Positions 30,845 through 40,838 of a stretch of DNA of 64,000 nucleotides are shown here, one piece after another (positions within the stretch are counted from its first letter, which is position 1; each line of letters starts with the position of its first letter). The translations under genes were made by a program, and so were the position numbers. The notes beneath the pieces are model-generated. The model was not told the DNA's origin. It searched no databases and saw only the letters and a program-made list of their open reading frames with translations. Source of the stretch: a virus (Duplodnaviria > Caudoviricetes); IMG/VR virus record IMGVR_UViG_3300028591_000003, positions 1-64,000 of that record; one strand, 5' to 3'.

Positions 30845-31557
30845 TATTCTCCTTCATTATATTCTTTAATTACTTCAAGTATCTGATTTAAATCATTGTC
30901 TATTTCCAAATCTTCAAACATATCCATAGGAGTTTTAGCAAGACATTTACCATCATTATTGGTAATTAACTTATATTGCATCTTACCATCATCTCCTTCT
31001 TCTACTTTAGTACAGAAAATATAAGTAAACAATCCTTCAAGAGTTACTTTCTCAGCAAGAAGTTTTCCTACTGTTTTAATAACATATTTTGGATCTATAT
31101 CAGTACCAACATTTTCTGAATGAGTTAAGAAACACATTGTACAATCTTCTCTCATCTGTTCTGAATATCTAAGAATTTCCATAAGATGCTGTGCAAGTTC
31201 AGAAAATTTAGTATATCCAACTTCAGTTGCTCTATCAACAAATTCATACGATAGTATATACTGCATGTCGTCTAGAACAACAGTTTTAATATGAGGCATT
31301 AGTTTATTAATAATTTTCAATATTTTTAGGATAGCTTCCCAATTAGAACTAATATAATAGTTACCTGTAATAGATTTAGTTTTTCCTTTTTCGTCTTTTT
31401 CAATTACTAAGGGAACATATTTCTTTCTCCAAGCTTTAAAAGGCAAAGGTTTTCCCGTGGTACTAATAATAAAAGTAGTTTTGGGATCCATATTTCTTAA
31501 ACTAGTACTTTTCCCAGTACCTGATTCTCCATAAATACATAGAGTTTCACAAGCCAT
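30844..31557 (-). CDS. AAA_24/Sak4-like P-loop ATPase
   Basis: GESGTGKS Walker A, VVLDD Walker B, AKTP. Confidence 0.85.
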   Translation of the reverse strand: MACETLCIYGESGTGKSTSLRNMDPKTTFIISTTGKPLPFKAWRKKYVPLVIEKDEKGKTKSITGNYYISSNWEAILKILKIINKLMPHIKTVVLDDMQYILSYEFVDRATEVGYTKFSELAQHLMEILRYSEQMREDCTMCFLTHSENVGTDIDPKYVIKTVGKLLAEKVTLEGLFTYIFCTKVEEGDDGKMQYKLITNNDGKCLAKTPMDMFEDLEIDNDLNQILEVIKEYNEGE

Positions 31558-31561
31558 ATAT

Positions 31562-32653
31562 TTAAATAATTAATTTAAATTGTTGTTTTTGAGTATTATC
31601 TTCTTTTATTTCTTCATCTTCATCATTTTTTAATAAATAATCTGGTGTTGTATATTTATCATAGTCATAAATTTCGTTAGGATAGGGAATTTCTCCAAAC
31701 ATATTTATATTTCCATAGAAAGAACAAGCAAATTCTTTATCTACTTCTCCATATCTATGTTTTAGGGTTGTAATAGTTCTAAAATTTCCACCTAATTTCT
31801 TTATGTCATATCCTTTATAAGTATTAAGCCTATCCTTATTTGGATTATATGCAGCAATTACAATATCACAATCTTGTGAGGGGTTTGCACTATCTTTTAG
31901 ATCTCCTAGAACAAAGTTTGTCATACCTTGTTGTCTACGATCCATTGAACCTTGAGTTCTATTAGTCTGTTGTAATGCTACAATATAAGGTCCATAATTA
32001 CGAACTGTTTTAAGATAATTAGAAGCTAAATCTATTTCTTCTTTAATGGAATGTCCATTAGCTTGATAAAGTAGAGATACATGATCTATGCCTATAACAT
32101 AAATCATTTCTGGATCATTCCATATAAAAACTTTTCTATTTTCAGATTCTTCAAAATGTCCATATTTTTCTAAATCTTCTAATATTCTTTTATAAAGACC
32201 TCCAGCACTTACGTTCTTATCATAAATAGTCCAAACTTTTTCTACTTTTTCATACCAATTTAAAGCTTCTTGAACATATTCATAATTTTTTCCAGAAAGA
32301 ATATATCCCTTTTTACTAGAGAATATTTCATCAGAAGAGAGTTGTATATGATAAGTATCGAATATATACATTGATAACATTCTTCCTACAACTTGTTCAG
32401 CTGACATATCCATAGAAAAGAAATATCCTCTATATCTTCCATCTTCTAAATGATTTTTTAAAGGAGAATAGACATAAGAGTATAAATATAGAGCAGTTTT
32501 ACCTCCTCCTGGATTAGATGTCAAAACAAGATATCTACTGTGAACAATACCGCCAGTAACTAAATCTAATTTGTCTAATCCAGTAGTAAAACCTTGATTT
32601 TTTCCTTCGATTCCTAACTGAATTTGATTTTTTACAGATTCAGTTATTGTCAT
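31562..32653 (-). CDS. DnaB-like replicative helicase
   Basis: TGLDKLD, NPGGGKT, FSMDM, IDH, QQTNR, LKDS, KHRYG. Confidence 0.88.
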   Translation of the reverse strand: MTITESVKNQIQLGIEGKNQGFTTGLDKLDLVTGGIVHSRYLVLTSNPGGGKTALYLYSYVYSPLKNHLEDGRYRGYFFSMDMSAEQVVGRMLSMYIFDTYHIQLSSDEIFSSKKGYILSGKNYEYVQEALNWYEKVEKVWTIYDKNVSAGGLYKRILEDLEKYGHFEESENRKVFIWNDPEMIYVIGIDHVSLLYQANGHSIKEEIDLASNYLKTVRNYGPYIVALQQTNRTQGSMDRRQQGMTNFVLGDLKDSANPSQDCDIVIAAYNPNKDRLNTYKGYDIKKLGGNFRTITTLKHRYGEVDKEFACSFYGNINMFGEIPYPNEIYDYDKYTTPDYLLKNDEDEEIKEDNTQKQQFKLII

Positions 32654-32827
32654 AATATAAATTAATAATTATCATTAACTTTTAATAAATATTCCCAGCC
32701 CATTTCACAGTTATAATTTCCTAGGTCAAAAATAAACCCATTTCTAAAATAGTTATTTTCAGAATCTATTACTACTATGTAACCATCTCCACACTCTAAT
32801 TTCCAGTCTGTTAATTTATTAATTAAT

Positions 32828-33061
32828 TCAGTTATCGTCATCTGGTTTTACTAATTCATATTCATATCCAGTTTCATTACACCAATCTTCTGCTGATTCA
32901 TTAGTATCAAAGTACATAATAATGTCTCCTTGACATACTCTTTCAATTAAATCTTCAGTTAATAGATTATCATAAAATCCACTTTCTGACTTTTTATCCT
33001 CATATCCAGTTACATCATAGCCGTAAGCATGGTCACCTAATGTTAAATAAACTCTAATCAT
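32828..33061 (-). CDS. hypothetical acidic protein
   Basis: tiled ORF. Confidence 0.65.
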   Translation of the reverse strand: MIRVYLTLGDHAYGYDVTGYEDKKSESGFYDNLLTEDLIERVCQGDIIMYFDTNESAEDWCNETGYEYELVKPDDDN

Positions 33062-33204
33062 AATTCTTCAACTAAATCAATATGAGCTATATTCCAATGT
33101 TCATCTTGAATATTTTGAGCAGCTTCTTGTTCAGAATTAGCATAGCACCATTCTTTGTCATAATCACCACTTTTAGTAGTAAACCTTACTAAATACTTTT
33201 TCAT
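33058..33204 (-). CDS. small protein (48 aa), paralog 1
   Basis: MKKYLVRFTTKSG...YANSEQEA; ATGA overlaps at both ends. Confidence 0.7.
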   Translation of the reverse strand: MKKYLVRFTTKSGDYDKEWCYANSEQEAAQNIQDEHWNIAHIDLVEEL

Positions 33205-33347
33205 ATTTCTAATATTGAATTAATAGTATCCAAATTAAATCTTTGCTGATATGCTTTATATTCAGCTTCTTCTTTAGAAAAAGCATTTATTCGCATAGAA
33301 TCCCTACTTCCAGAATTGGTAGTGAATCTCACTAAATACTTTTTCAT
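33201..33347 (-). CDS. small protein (48 aa), paralog 2
   Basis: MKKYLVRFTTNSG...NAFSKEEA; ATGA overlaps. Confidence 0.7.
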   Translation of the reverse strand: MKKYLVRFTTNSGSRDSMRINAFSKEEAEYKAYQQRFNLDTINSILEI

Positions 33348-33598
33348 GCAATAATAATTCCATTTAATTTTGATTCATCCAAAAGATAATCATTAAAAAA
33401 TCTACTCCCAGGATATACTTTTGCATATCCGCTAACATCGGGATCAACACAAAATAGGCATTCATTTTCTGGATAATTACCTATAGCATTAATAGTTTCG
33501 TAATAATCATCAGCAGTATTCTCTATGAATACTAAACGTTCTCCAAAACCTTTTTCTTTTATAGTTTGAAGGACTTTAATTAACTCATTAACTGTCAT
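33344..33598 (-). CDS. hypothetical protein
   Basis: MTVNELIKVL-type small phage protein. Confidence 0.65.
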   Translation of the reverse strand: MTVNELIKVLQTIKEKGFGERLVFIENTADDYYETINAIGNYPENECLFCVDPDVSGYAKVYPGSRFFNDYLLDESKLNGIIIA

Positions 33599-33783
33599 AT
33601 TAATTTAAAATTGAAGGGGTGAATCTTACTATATATTTTTTCATAAAAATCTTTTTTATTAATAATTAGCCATCCAGTATTTACTTGAATAGTAAGATAA
33701 TTGCCATCAACTGATATTATAGGGGATTTATATTTTAAAGTTTTAAAGGCTTCCTCTATAGCTTTTAAACTAATAGTTTTCAT
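33595..33783 (-). CDS. hypothetical protein
   Basis: tiled ORF. Confidence 0.6.
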   Translation of the reverse strand: MKTISLKAIEEAFKTLKYKSPIISVDGNYLTIQVNTGWLIINKKDFYEKIYSKIHPFNFKLI

Positions 33784-34370
33784 ATCATTTTAATAGCTTC
33801 AGTATTAACATTAATACCATTTCCTTCTTTCATTGCTTTAATTGCAATCCAACTATTATCAACTATAAAGGAATCTAGAGTTGTAAAATTATATCCATTA
33901 TCAATTCCCCATTTAATAAGTTCTATTACTTCCTGATGAACTTCTGGTGAATTGTGAATATATTTAGCATATTTAGCAAAAGCATCTTCTAAAGAATCGA
34001 ACTTACGAGACACTCTTTTTAAATTATAGATTTGTCCGTTTACTATGGTAGATTGTGGATAAGTGTTAAATAACTCTTCTCCCATTTCAAAAGAGGATCT
34101 GAAATATTGTTTCTGAAAATTCTGATTAAAAGGAATATTTTCAACTATCAGTTGTTGTCCTTCTTTTGGAAGTTTCCAAGACTTTAAAATTATTCCTTTC
34201 TCTTGAAGTTTGACGAGAATGTCTCTCAATTTTAATATTTGACTTAATCTTTGCAACCATTCGTATTCTCCGTCTTCTTTAGCCAACAGAATTAATTTTA
34301 CTGTAAATAACTCTGTTGGAGTTAAATTATATTTTTCTAATAAACTTAGTTCGTTTTCTAATGTAAACAC
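33780..34370 (-). CDS. hypothetical protein, possibly winged-helix replication accessory
   Basis: 196 aa; LVKLQEKGII wHTH-like segment; lies between the two helicases. Confidence 0.55.
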   Translation of the reverse strand: MFTLENELSLLEKYNLTPTELFTVKLILLAKEDGEYEWLQRLSQILKLRDILVKLQEKGIILKSWKLPKEGQQLIVENIPFNQNFQKQYFRSSFEMGEELFNTYPQSTIVNGQIYNLKRVSRKFDSLEDAFAKYAKYIHNSPEVHQEVIELIKWGIDNGYNFTTLDSFIVDNSWIAIKAMKEGNGINVNTEAIKMI

Positions 34371-34401
34371 AGCATAAATTATTCATTTAGCTGCTAAAAG
34401 G

Positions 34402-34590
34402 TTAATCCAGTTTCCCGGTTTTATCAAGTGCATATGGACTTAAAAACTCTTTTCCGAGTTCTAAATATCTATTATTTATTTTCTCCACATTATAATTTGT
34501 ACTAAGAAATTCATTATATTCTATATCATTATTATAAGAATAAAAAATTTCTTGTAACAATATTAATTCTAACATTTTTTCTGGAATCAT
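34402..34590 (-). CDS. hypothetical protein
   Basis: short ORF. Confidence 0.5.
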   Translation of the reverse strand: MIPEKMLELILLQEIFYSYNNDIEYNEFLSTNYNVEKINNRYLELGKEFLSPYALDKTGKLD

Positions 34591-34594
34591 AATA

Positions 34595-35764
34595 TTAAAA
34601 TCTAAATAACAATTGTCCTAATTTAGGTTTATATAAATCTGGCAATTCACCTTTTAATACTTTATCCAATCCTTTTTCATCAATAGTAATATAATTCTTA
34701 TCTTTCTTATGATTATTAACGACCCATTTTTCTTCTACTGTATCTTTAATAATAATATAAAAAACTTCTGCAATCTTATCACCTTCTTTTCTGACTGTAC
34801 GACCTCTTCTTTGTCTAGCTTTAGTTTCAGAACTATCAGTACCAAGTATTATAGCTACAGAAAGACCTGGAATATCAATTCCTTCATCTGCTTTTTTTAC
34901 GGTATTTAAAACTCCAGAAGATTGTACAGAAAAATCTTCAAGCATTGTAGCACTTCTTTTTTTAGATACTCTTCCTGTATATACGTCTCCTATTCCTATA
35001 GCTTCTGCCATATTTACATTATTAGAAAAAGTGATAATTTTTTTATCGGATCGAGCATTTATTATTTTTTTAGCTATCTCTATTTTTTTCGGATGATTAT
35101 TTATAAAAGCTTTTCTAAGTTGCATTGTTTGCATAAATCTTATAGAATGATAATTTATTGATTTTAAAATATCTTTCTTTTTTTGTTCATCATCCCCTTT
35201 ATATAACATATCTCTATATGCTAATTTATTTTTCCATCCAACTGTTGGTTTAACCATAGACATAGCTAAATTAAAGTCAAATTGAAAAAATTCATAATGT
35301 TCTATCCATTCTTTATTTAATGCTTTATATTCTTTGATGTTATCAACATCAATTAATACAATATATTCTTTATAATCAGATACCCAACCATTTACTAAAC
35401 ATTCAGCAAACGGAATATTATCAACAATTGGACAATATTTTTGCATTATTATATGTTTTCCATCAAGTCTTTCGAATGTTGCGGTAAGTCCAAGTATTAA
35501 TTTATATTTAACACAAGTAAATATTTTACTAAAATCATCAGAATTAACTCTGTGAACTTCGTCTATTACTAAAAAATCACAAGTCCAGTCATATTTAATA
35601 ACTGTATTTATTACTTGTATTTCTACATTAAAAGAAAATCCTTCTAGGTCAATTATATTTTGCCATTGATTCTTAAGTGCTGTTGTAGGAACGACAACAA
35701 GAACTCTAAAATGTGGATATTTTTTTAGTAGCCCTCGTATAGACATTACTCCCATATTTGTCTT
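34595..35764 (-). CDS. superfamily 2 DExH helicase, exon 2
   Basis: begins AAG ACA (KT of Walker A); VVPT, DEVH, LTAT, EGIDIP, QRRGR. Confidence 0.9.
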   Translation of the reverse strand, partial: KTNMGVMSIRGLLKKYPHFRVLVVVPTTALKNQWQNIIDLEGFSFNVEIQVINTVIKYDWTCDFLVIDEVHRVNSDDFSKIFTCVKYKLILGLTATFERLDGKHIIMQKYCPIVDNIPFAECLVNGWVSDYKEYIVLIDVDNIKEYKALNKEWIEHYEFFQFDFNLAMSMVKPTVGWKNKLAYRDMLYKGDDEQKKKDILKSINYHSIRFMQTMQLRKAFINNHPKKIEIAKKIINARSDKKIITFSNNVNMAEAIGIGDVYTGRVSKKRSATMLEDFSVQSSGVLNTVKKADEGIDIPGLSVAIILGTDSSETKARQRRGRTVRKEGDKIAEVFYIIIKDTVEEKWVVNNHKKDKNYITIDEKGLDKVLKGELPDLYKPKLGQLLFRF

Positions 35765-35935
35765 CAGTTTTGTTATCCTATAAGCTTTTTATCTTATAGT
35801 TCTATAATTTCTTATTCATTATAGCTCAGCGTACATTTTCATCTACAGCATTATCTGTTTAGATGCAGGGCACTCTTGGATTTATTATATTTATTCAAAA
35901 TCTACGCGTTACACTACTAATTAACCTTTCGCAAT

Positions 35936-36850
35936 TTAATTAGTTAGCTCGGTATTGGCATCACAGCTTTCACCGATATTGTCCTGTAATAATTCTTGTG
36001 ATTTCTCAACAAGAACGGCTGTGTTTATTTTAATTGGAATATATTCATTAGAATAATAAAATTTATATCCAGTCTTCTTAACTATATATGGATTTTCCAA
36101 AGTAGCATCAGAATGTTTACTTAATGTACTCTGTGTTGATCCACAAATTTTAGCACAATCTGGAAGTGTTCTAAAATAAAACAATTCTCCCTTTGGAGAT
36201 TCAGAAATAATATATTTTCCTATTGTACTTGTAGCAGTTAAAACTTTTTCATTTATATGATTTACTAAATCATTTAAATATACAAATTTAGTTTCACTTA
36301 TACAATACCTTTTTTTATATAATTTATTTTCAGAATAACTTCCATTTTTATCACTTAAAAATTTTAAAGCTGCTTTATGATAAGGAAACTCTCCAACAAG
36401 TGTTTTTGTAATAACATCATAAATATATGTAGTCTTCCAATTATGTTGTTGTTTATAAGTTTCTATTTCTCCAGATTTATATTTTTCTTTTAAAGTATTA
36501 CTAATTTTATTTTTAGTTTCATCAGAAACATTATGTCCAAAATTAGCTACTACATTTAAAGTTAAATTATACTCTGGTTTTAAAGTATCTATATAATATT
36601 GTTCTCTTGAAAACCTATTTTCAGGATTACAATATTCCAAAATACAATAAATAAAAGCATCTTCTCCATATTTATTCCAAGAAGATTGAAAATGAGCATT
36701 ATGTGACTTATTATTTTTTAAGTTATGATAATGCTCATGTATTCTATTATAAATATCTACTGATGATCCTACATATCTTTTTCCAGATTCTATGTTAAAA
36801 AACATATAAACTCCAGATTTTCCCTTTAAATTAAATTCAATTTTATTCAT
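35936..36850 (-). CDS. intron-encoded GIY-YIG homing endonuclease
   Basis: SGVY..RYVGSS..RIHEH..REQYYID..YN; NUMOD3-like SDETKNKIS. Confidence 0.92.
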   Translation of the reverse strand: MNKIEFNLKGKSGVYMFFNIESGKRYVGSSVDIYNRIHEHYHNLKNNKSHNAHFQSSWNKYGEDAFIYCILEYCNPENRFSREQYYIDTLKPEYNLTLNVVANFGHNVSDETKNKISNTLKEKYKSGEIETYKQQHNWKTTYIYDVITKTLVGEFPYHKAALKFLSDKNGSYSENKLYKKRYCISETKFVYLNDLVNHINEKVLTATSTIGKYIISESPKGELFYFRTLPDCAKICGSTQSTLSKHSDATLENPYIVKKTGYKFYYSNEYIPIKINTAVLVEKSQELLQDNIGESCDANTELTN

Positions 36851-36874
36851 ATACTTATTAATTTTTTATTTTAA

Positions 36875-36905
36875 TAAATATATCATTAAATTTAATTTAG
36901 GCAAA
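36875..36905 (-). promoter_or_regulatory. putative intron-internal promoter TTTG-N19-TATATTTA for the endonuclease
   Basis: same motif and spacing as at 19222 and 29480. Confidence 0.6.
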
Positions 36906-36951
36906 ATTAAAAATATAACAGGATATTTATTCCAGTTAAAATTTATTAACA

Positions 36952-37041
36952 ACCAAATCCTGTAGCAGCTTCTATACTTCCTCTACCTTTAGCCTTGATC
37001 CAGTTCCTTACAGCTTCTTGTTGTCGTTCTGTTCTAGTCAT
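36952..37041 (-). CDS. superfamily 2 helicase, exon 1 (30 aa)
   Basis: MTRTERQQEAVRNWIKAKGRGSIEAATGFG: Q-motif plus first half of Walker A. Confidence 0.9.
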
Positions 37042-37043
37042 AG

Positions 37044-37937
37044 TTAATCATTTAACTTAATGTTTTTGCTTTTTGCAACAAGTTCTATCTGTTTTTGGAG
37101 ACGTTTCCAACTAAAAATGTGTCCATCGATTTCTCTAGATAATCTTAAAAGAACTTTATTTCTAAGAGTAACAAGTTGTTCAGTAGTCATATCAGAATAT
37201 TTCTGTTTTTTGGCTAAAGTTAGCATAGCTCTCATTTCATGATAAGACAAACCTTTTTCACTTAATCTCAGTACAAGTTCAGCAGGAAGATGAAGTTTTT
37301 CTTTAGCAGCTTTAAGTTTTTCTACATTAGAATTAGCACTTCCAAATTCATTTTCTTCTGATTTAGTAAACCAAATTCCCATTTTTGTGATAAATGTCAT
37401 AGTTAGATGTTGTTTTGAGAAAACACCTAAATTATCAATACATCCATCAAGAACATCTGCGATATTAATACTTTGAAATTCAGCTGGAAATTCACCTCCA
37501 TTCAAATGGGAAACAGAAATTTTATTCCAATCTAGAGTAATGTTTTGTTCAGCAGCTTCCTTTTCACTATTAGAAATAAATTCTCTAATAGCAATCATCA
37601 TTTTAAATCTAGGAGTAGGAATATAATTCTCACGTCTCATATAACTATTCTCTAAATATCTCAAGAATAATTCAACATTACATTTATTAATTTGTGAAGT
37701 AACTTCCTCTAGAACATTATAACGACCAAGATGCTTTGGATCATTATTTCTAAGCATTTTTTCACAATGTTGCCAACATTCTTTCAGTCTTTCTGGACTC
37801 ATTTCAGAAATTTTTTCAGAATCTTGAACATATTTTTTTCCATTCTTTTTCTTTTCACCTTTCCAAATAAATGTGGAAAAATCATTTTTCCTAGTGTCTA
37901 GAGCTTTCTGTAAAGCATCTCCTAAAATATTATTCAT
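37044..37937 (-). CDS. hypothetical phage protein
   Basis: 297 aa ORF. Confidence 0.8.
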   Translation of the reverse strand: MNNILGDALQKALDTRKNDFSTFIWKGEKKKNGKKYVQDSEKISEMSPERLKECWQHCEKMLRNNDPKHLGRYNVLEEVTSQINKCNVELFLRYLENSYMRRENYIPTPRFKMMIAIREFISNSEKEAAEQNITLDWNKISVSHLNGGEFPAEFQSINIADVLDGCIDNLGVFSKQHLTMTFITKMGIWFTKSEENEFGSANSNVEKLKAAKEKLHLPAELVLRLSEKGLSYHEMRAMLTLAKKQKYSDMTTEQLVTLRNKVLLRLSREIDGHIFSWKRLQKQIELVAKSKNIKLND

Positions 37938-37947
37938 TTACAACTTA

Positions 37948-38268
37948 TCATATTACAATATTTTTATTTGAATTATCTTGTTCCTTAACAAATCTTTTAA
38001 ATATTAAATTTGAAAAGTTATATTTTACAATAGAATCAGTTCTTCTATCGTAATAAGTATCTACACCAGCTTCTACAACATCATACATTAAAAATCCAGT
38101 TTCTCCTAATTCAGGAATTCTAGATTCCCAATTAGGAAAAACTGTAACCATTATATATGAATGTCCAAAAGGTGGACTATTTTCTAAATTTTTAAAAACT
38201 AGAATATGATAATCAAGTATATCATGTTCTATTGCTACAACTTTACATTTTACAATATTTGTTGTCAA
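37948..38268 (-). CDS. hypothetical beta-rich protein
   Basis: likely TTG start overlapping the upstream TGA. Confidence 0.65.
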   Translation of the reverse strand: MTTNIVKCKVVAIEHDILDYHILVFKNLENSPPFGHSYIMVTVFPNWESRIPELGETGFLMYDVVEAGVDTYYDRRTDSIVKYNFSNLIFKRFVKEQDNSNKNIVI

Positions 38269-38567
38269 AATTTCAATTGCTTTATCGAAATGGAATCTAC
38301 CTCTGTAGGAATAGCATACCATCTCATCATATCATTAATATGATCTTGATATAATGTTTCAACATCTACTCCTGTTATTTCGGATTCTTTTGAAATTTGA
38401 CTATAGGAAGGAATTCCATATTTACCTTCATATTTATAATAGTACGAAGCAGCAGAATTTTTAGCAAGTTCATCAGCTTCTTGATCAGATTTGCACCATT
38501 TAGTAAAATGATATTTACATCCTAAAGTTTTTCCAATAGTTCCAAAATAAATATTATATTGTGTCAT
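38265..38567 (-). CDS. hypothetical protein
   Basis: tiled ORF. Confidence 0.7.
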   Translation of the reverse strand: MTQYNIYFGTIGKTLGCKYHFTKWCKSDQEADELAKNSAASYYYKYEGKYGIPSYSQISKESEITGVDVETLYQDHINDMMRWYAIPTEVDSISIKQLKF

Positions 38568-38926
38568 AATAATAAACCTAAAATAAATAAAAGAATTCCT
38601 CCTACAGAAGATCCTATTAAAGTCTTCTTTTTAGAGGATTTTAATTTTTTAATTGTTTTTTCATCATCAGTAACTTTTTTCTTATATAAAGAAATCTCTT
38701 CTCTTTGTATAGAATCAGATTTCATATAAAGATCATTTAATTCAGTTAATGATGAAATTTGTTGTTTCAATAGAGGATTTTCAATACTTAATTTCTCATG
38801 TTCAATAAAAATTAATGCTGTCTCTTTTGCTGCGATGCTGTCTAATGTAATCTGTGATAAAACTACTGTCGGCATCACTAGATTGATTAATAATAACATT
38901 AATCCTTTCTCGATAATGTTTTTCAT
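38564..38926 (-). CDS. exported coiled-coil protein with C-terminal TM helix (spanin-like candidate)
   Basis: N-terminal signal-like segment, coiled coil, hydrophobic C-terminus; overlaps the next gene. Confidence 0.5.
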   Translation of the reverse strand: MKNIIEKGLMLLLINLVMPTVVLSQITLDSIAAKETALIFIEHEKLSIENPLLKQQISSLTELNDLYMKSDSIQREEISLYKKKVTDDEKTIKKLKSSKKKTLIGSSVGGILLFILGLLL

Positions 38927-39149
38927 TAGTAATTATTTTAACATGAGTTGAATCAATTACAATTCTAAGACTATCTTTTATATTAGAAATAGAATCTATT
39001 TTAAATTCAAGTTGTTCTAATTTATCTAATATTATATCATCCTTAGTTTTAATATTTGGAGTATGAAATACAACCCATAAATATAAACTAATTATTCCTA
39101 TAATAGATAGAATAATAACAATGTAAGTTTTTTTATTCACCTGTATCAA
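38802..39149 (-). CDS. N-terminally anchored coiled-coil membrane protein (spanin-like candidate)
   Basis: TM YIVIILSIIGIISLYLWVVF followed by a helical region. Confidence 0.5.
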   Translation of the reverse strand: MIQVNKKTYIVIILSIIGIISLYLWVVFHTPNIKTKDDIILDKLEQLEFKIDSISNIKDSLRIVIDSTHVKIITNEKHYRERINVIINQSSDADSSFITDYIRQHRSKRDSINFY

Positions 39150-39441
39150 ATTTTTCAGGGAGAGATTCTCTACATAATCTAACTATTTCTTCATAACTTT
39201 TTTGTAAAGTTTTAAGATATGTCATTAATGAAATATTCTCTTCCTCATATTTTTTAGCAACCCTTTTTTTAGCAATTTTGGTTAAACAATGAGAAAGAGT
39301 AAGTCCATACAATGTATCTCCTGGTTCTATTTCATAATTACCAGTATCCCTTTTCTTAACTCTTTTCATGAAAGTCAAATCATAGAAATCACTACATGAG
39401 CCAGAGGGTTTTATTATAAAATCTTTCTCTATTATTTCCAT
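39133..39441 (-). CDS. hypothetical protein
   Basis: tiled ORF. Confidence 0.7.
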   Translation of the reverse strand: MEIIEKDFIIKPSGSCSDFYDLTFMKRVKKRDTGNYEIEPGDTLYGLTLSHCLTKIAKKRVAKKYEEENISLMTYLKTLQKSYEEIVRLCRESLPEKFDTGE

Positions 39442-39560
39442 TATTTCTTTTCACTTCCAGGTTTCATATGAAGGTGGCCAGACTCTTTATTTTTTCCACC
39501 TCTTGCCGTCCAATCTTTAATTCTGGCATCCAAATACATTAGTCTTTTTTTATACTTCAT
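39441..39560 (-). CDS. small basic protein (39 aa)
   Basis: MKYKKRLMYLDARIKDW...KPGSEKK exactly fills the gap. Confidence 0.6.
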   Translation of the reverse strand: MKYKKRLMYLDARIKDWTARGGKNKESGHLHMKPGSEKK

Positions 39561-40017
39561 CGCTTACAATCCCTAATTTTTCTTCAAGATCATTCAAATA
39601 GTTTGGATTATAAATTCTTAGATTATTCAAATCCATTCTAATATTACTATCAATTTTATCAATGTCTACATCTAGTAAATCGAGTAATTTACTATACTCA
39701 TTCCAAATTCTCACCAAGAAATTATGCTTCTTAATATTAGCGTTTAACTTAGCTTTCATAAAAGCAATGTTATTACCAATTTCTTCATCGAAAGCATCTC
39801 CTAAGCAAGGCTGTGAAATACCTGTACCAATAATCAAAGAACCATGACATTTACCATAGTCTTTATCAATAGAATTAATAATATCAACAGAGTTATTATG
39901 GACTTTATCCATAGACTCAATTACTCTATTCATAATCTTGTAGACATCTTCTACACAAACCTTGGTAATCTTGTTACCTTCCCGAGTTGTTTCAATCGGA
40001 ATTCTTACATTAGTCAT
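39550..40017 (-). CDS. hypothetical protein
   Basis: GDAFDEEIGNNIAFMKA motif common in phage proteins. Confidence 0.7.
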   Translation of the reverse strand: MTNVRIPIETTREGNKITKVCVEDVYKIMNRVIESMDKVHNNSVDIINSIDKDYGKCHGSLIIGTGISQPCLGDAFDEEIGNNIAFMKAKLNANIKKHNFLVRIWNEYSKLLDLLDVDIDKIDSNIRMDLNNLRIYNPNYLNDLEEKLGIVSDEV

Positions 40018-40300
40018 AATATAAAATTATTTTAAAATTATTATTTAAGCTGTTTGAGCTTAATTGTTCCTGCAAATAAAAAATATTATACTTTCTGCAA
40101 TAAAATTCAACAATTTTCGGCATTGCTTTTTGAATTAATTGCGGATTTTGTACTATTAAATATATTAATTTATCTGAATTTTCAAAGTTATTTTCTGTTA
40201 AATAATCAGAATATAATGGAAGTAATTGTTTTTCAAATGATATAGGAGTCCCTCTAATCATTGCATTAAAAATAGATATACATTCTTCCTTAGTTACCAT
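40010..40300 (-). CDS. hypothetical protein
   Basis: tiled ORF. Confidence 0.65.
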   Translation of the reverse strand: MVTKEECISIFNAMIRGTPISFEKQLLPLYSDYLTENNFENSDKLIYLIVQNPQLIQKAMPKIVEFYCRKYNIFYLQEQLSSNSLNNNFKIILYYD

Positions 40301-40454
40301 TTGTATATTTTCTTATCAGATTTAATAAGTTTAATAATATCATTTAGTTTAGAGTTTACTTCTTTCCAAATTTCGTTTCCAGGATAAGTAATTTCTACAA
40401 ATTCTGCTCTTTTCTTTAAAGACTCTAACTCCTTAAGAAGTTCATTACCTGTTA

Positions 40455-40838
40455 TCATAATAACTCTAATCTTTTTAAATAATCAATTTCACTTTCATCA
40501 GTTACGGTATATATTTGATACTGAAGTAATCTTTCTGCTACATTTTTCATATAATTATATTCTTCATAATAATGAGGCTGAGACATCCACCACTCTTTAG
40601 GAATCCAATCTAAAAATTGTTTAAATCGTACAGCAAATGTATAACTACTAACTAGACGATTATCTATAATCGGATTAGCTAATTTCCAATGATGCAATTG
40701 CTCATTTAAAATAATATCACGTTCTTTGTTGATATAAACACTTATACCATTTTTTGTTATTTGTCTAACGTAAGCAATTCTATCAGGATCGTGAATTGAT
40801 ACTAAAACATATCCAGATTTTATATCTTCTTTTTTCAT
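40455..40838 (-). CDS. hypothetical protein
   Basis: tiled ORF. Confidence 0.65.
   Translation of the reverse strand: MKKEDIKSGYVLVSIHDPDRIAYVRQITKNGISVYINKERDIILNEQLHHWKLANPIIDNRLVSSYTFAVRFKQFLDWIPKEWWMSQPHYYEEYNYMKNVAERLLQYQIYTVTDESEIDYLKRLELL

Larger units (their letters stand above)
35765..36951 (-). mobile_element. group I intron (1187 nt) in helicase Walker A motif
   Basis: exon ends in U (GGT), intron ends in G; splicing restores ATGFG|KT; core elements AATATCGGTGAA/AATACCGAG (P4) and GCGTA/TACGC (P7). Confidence 0.88.
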
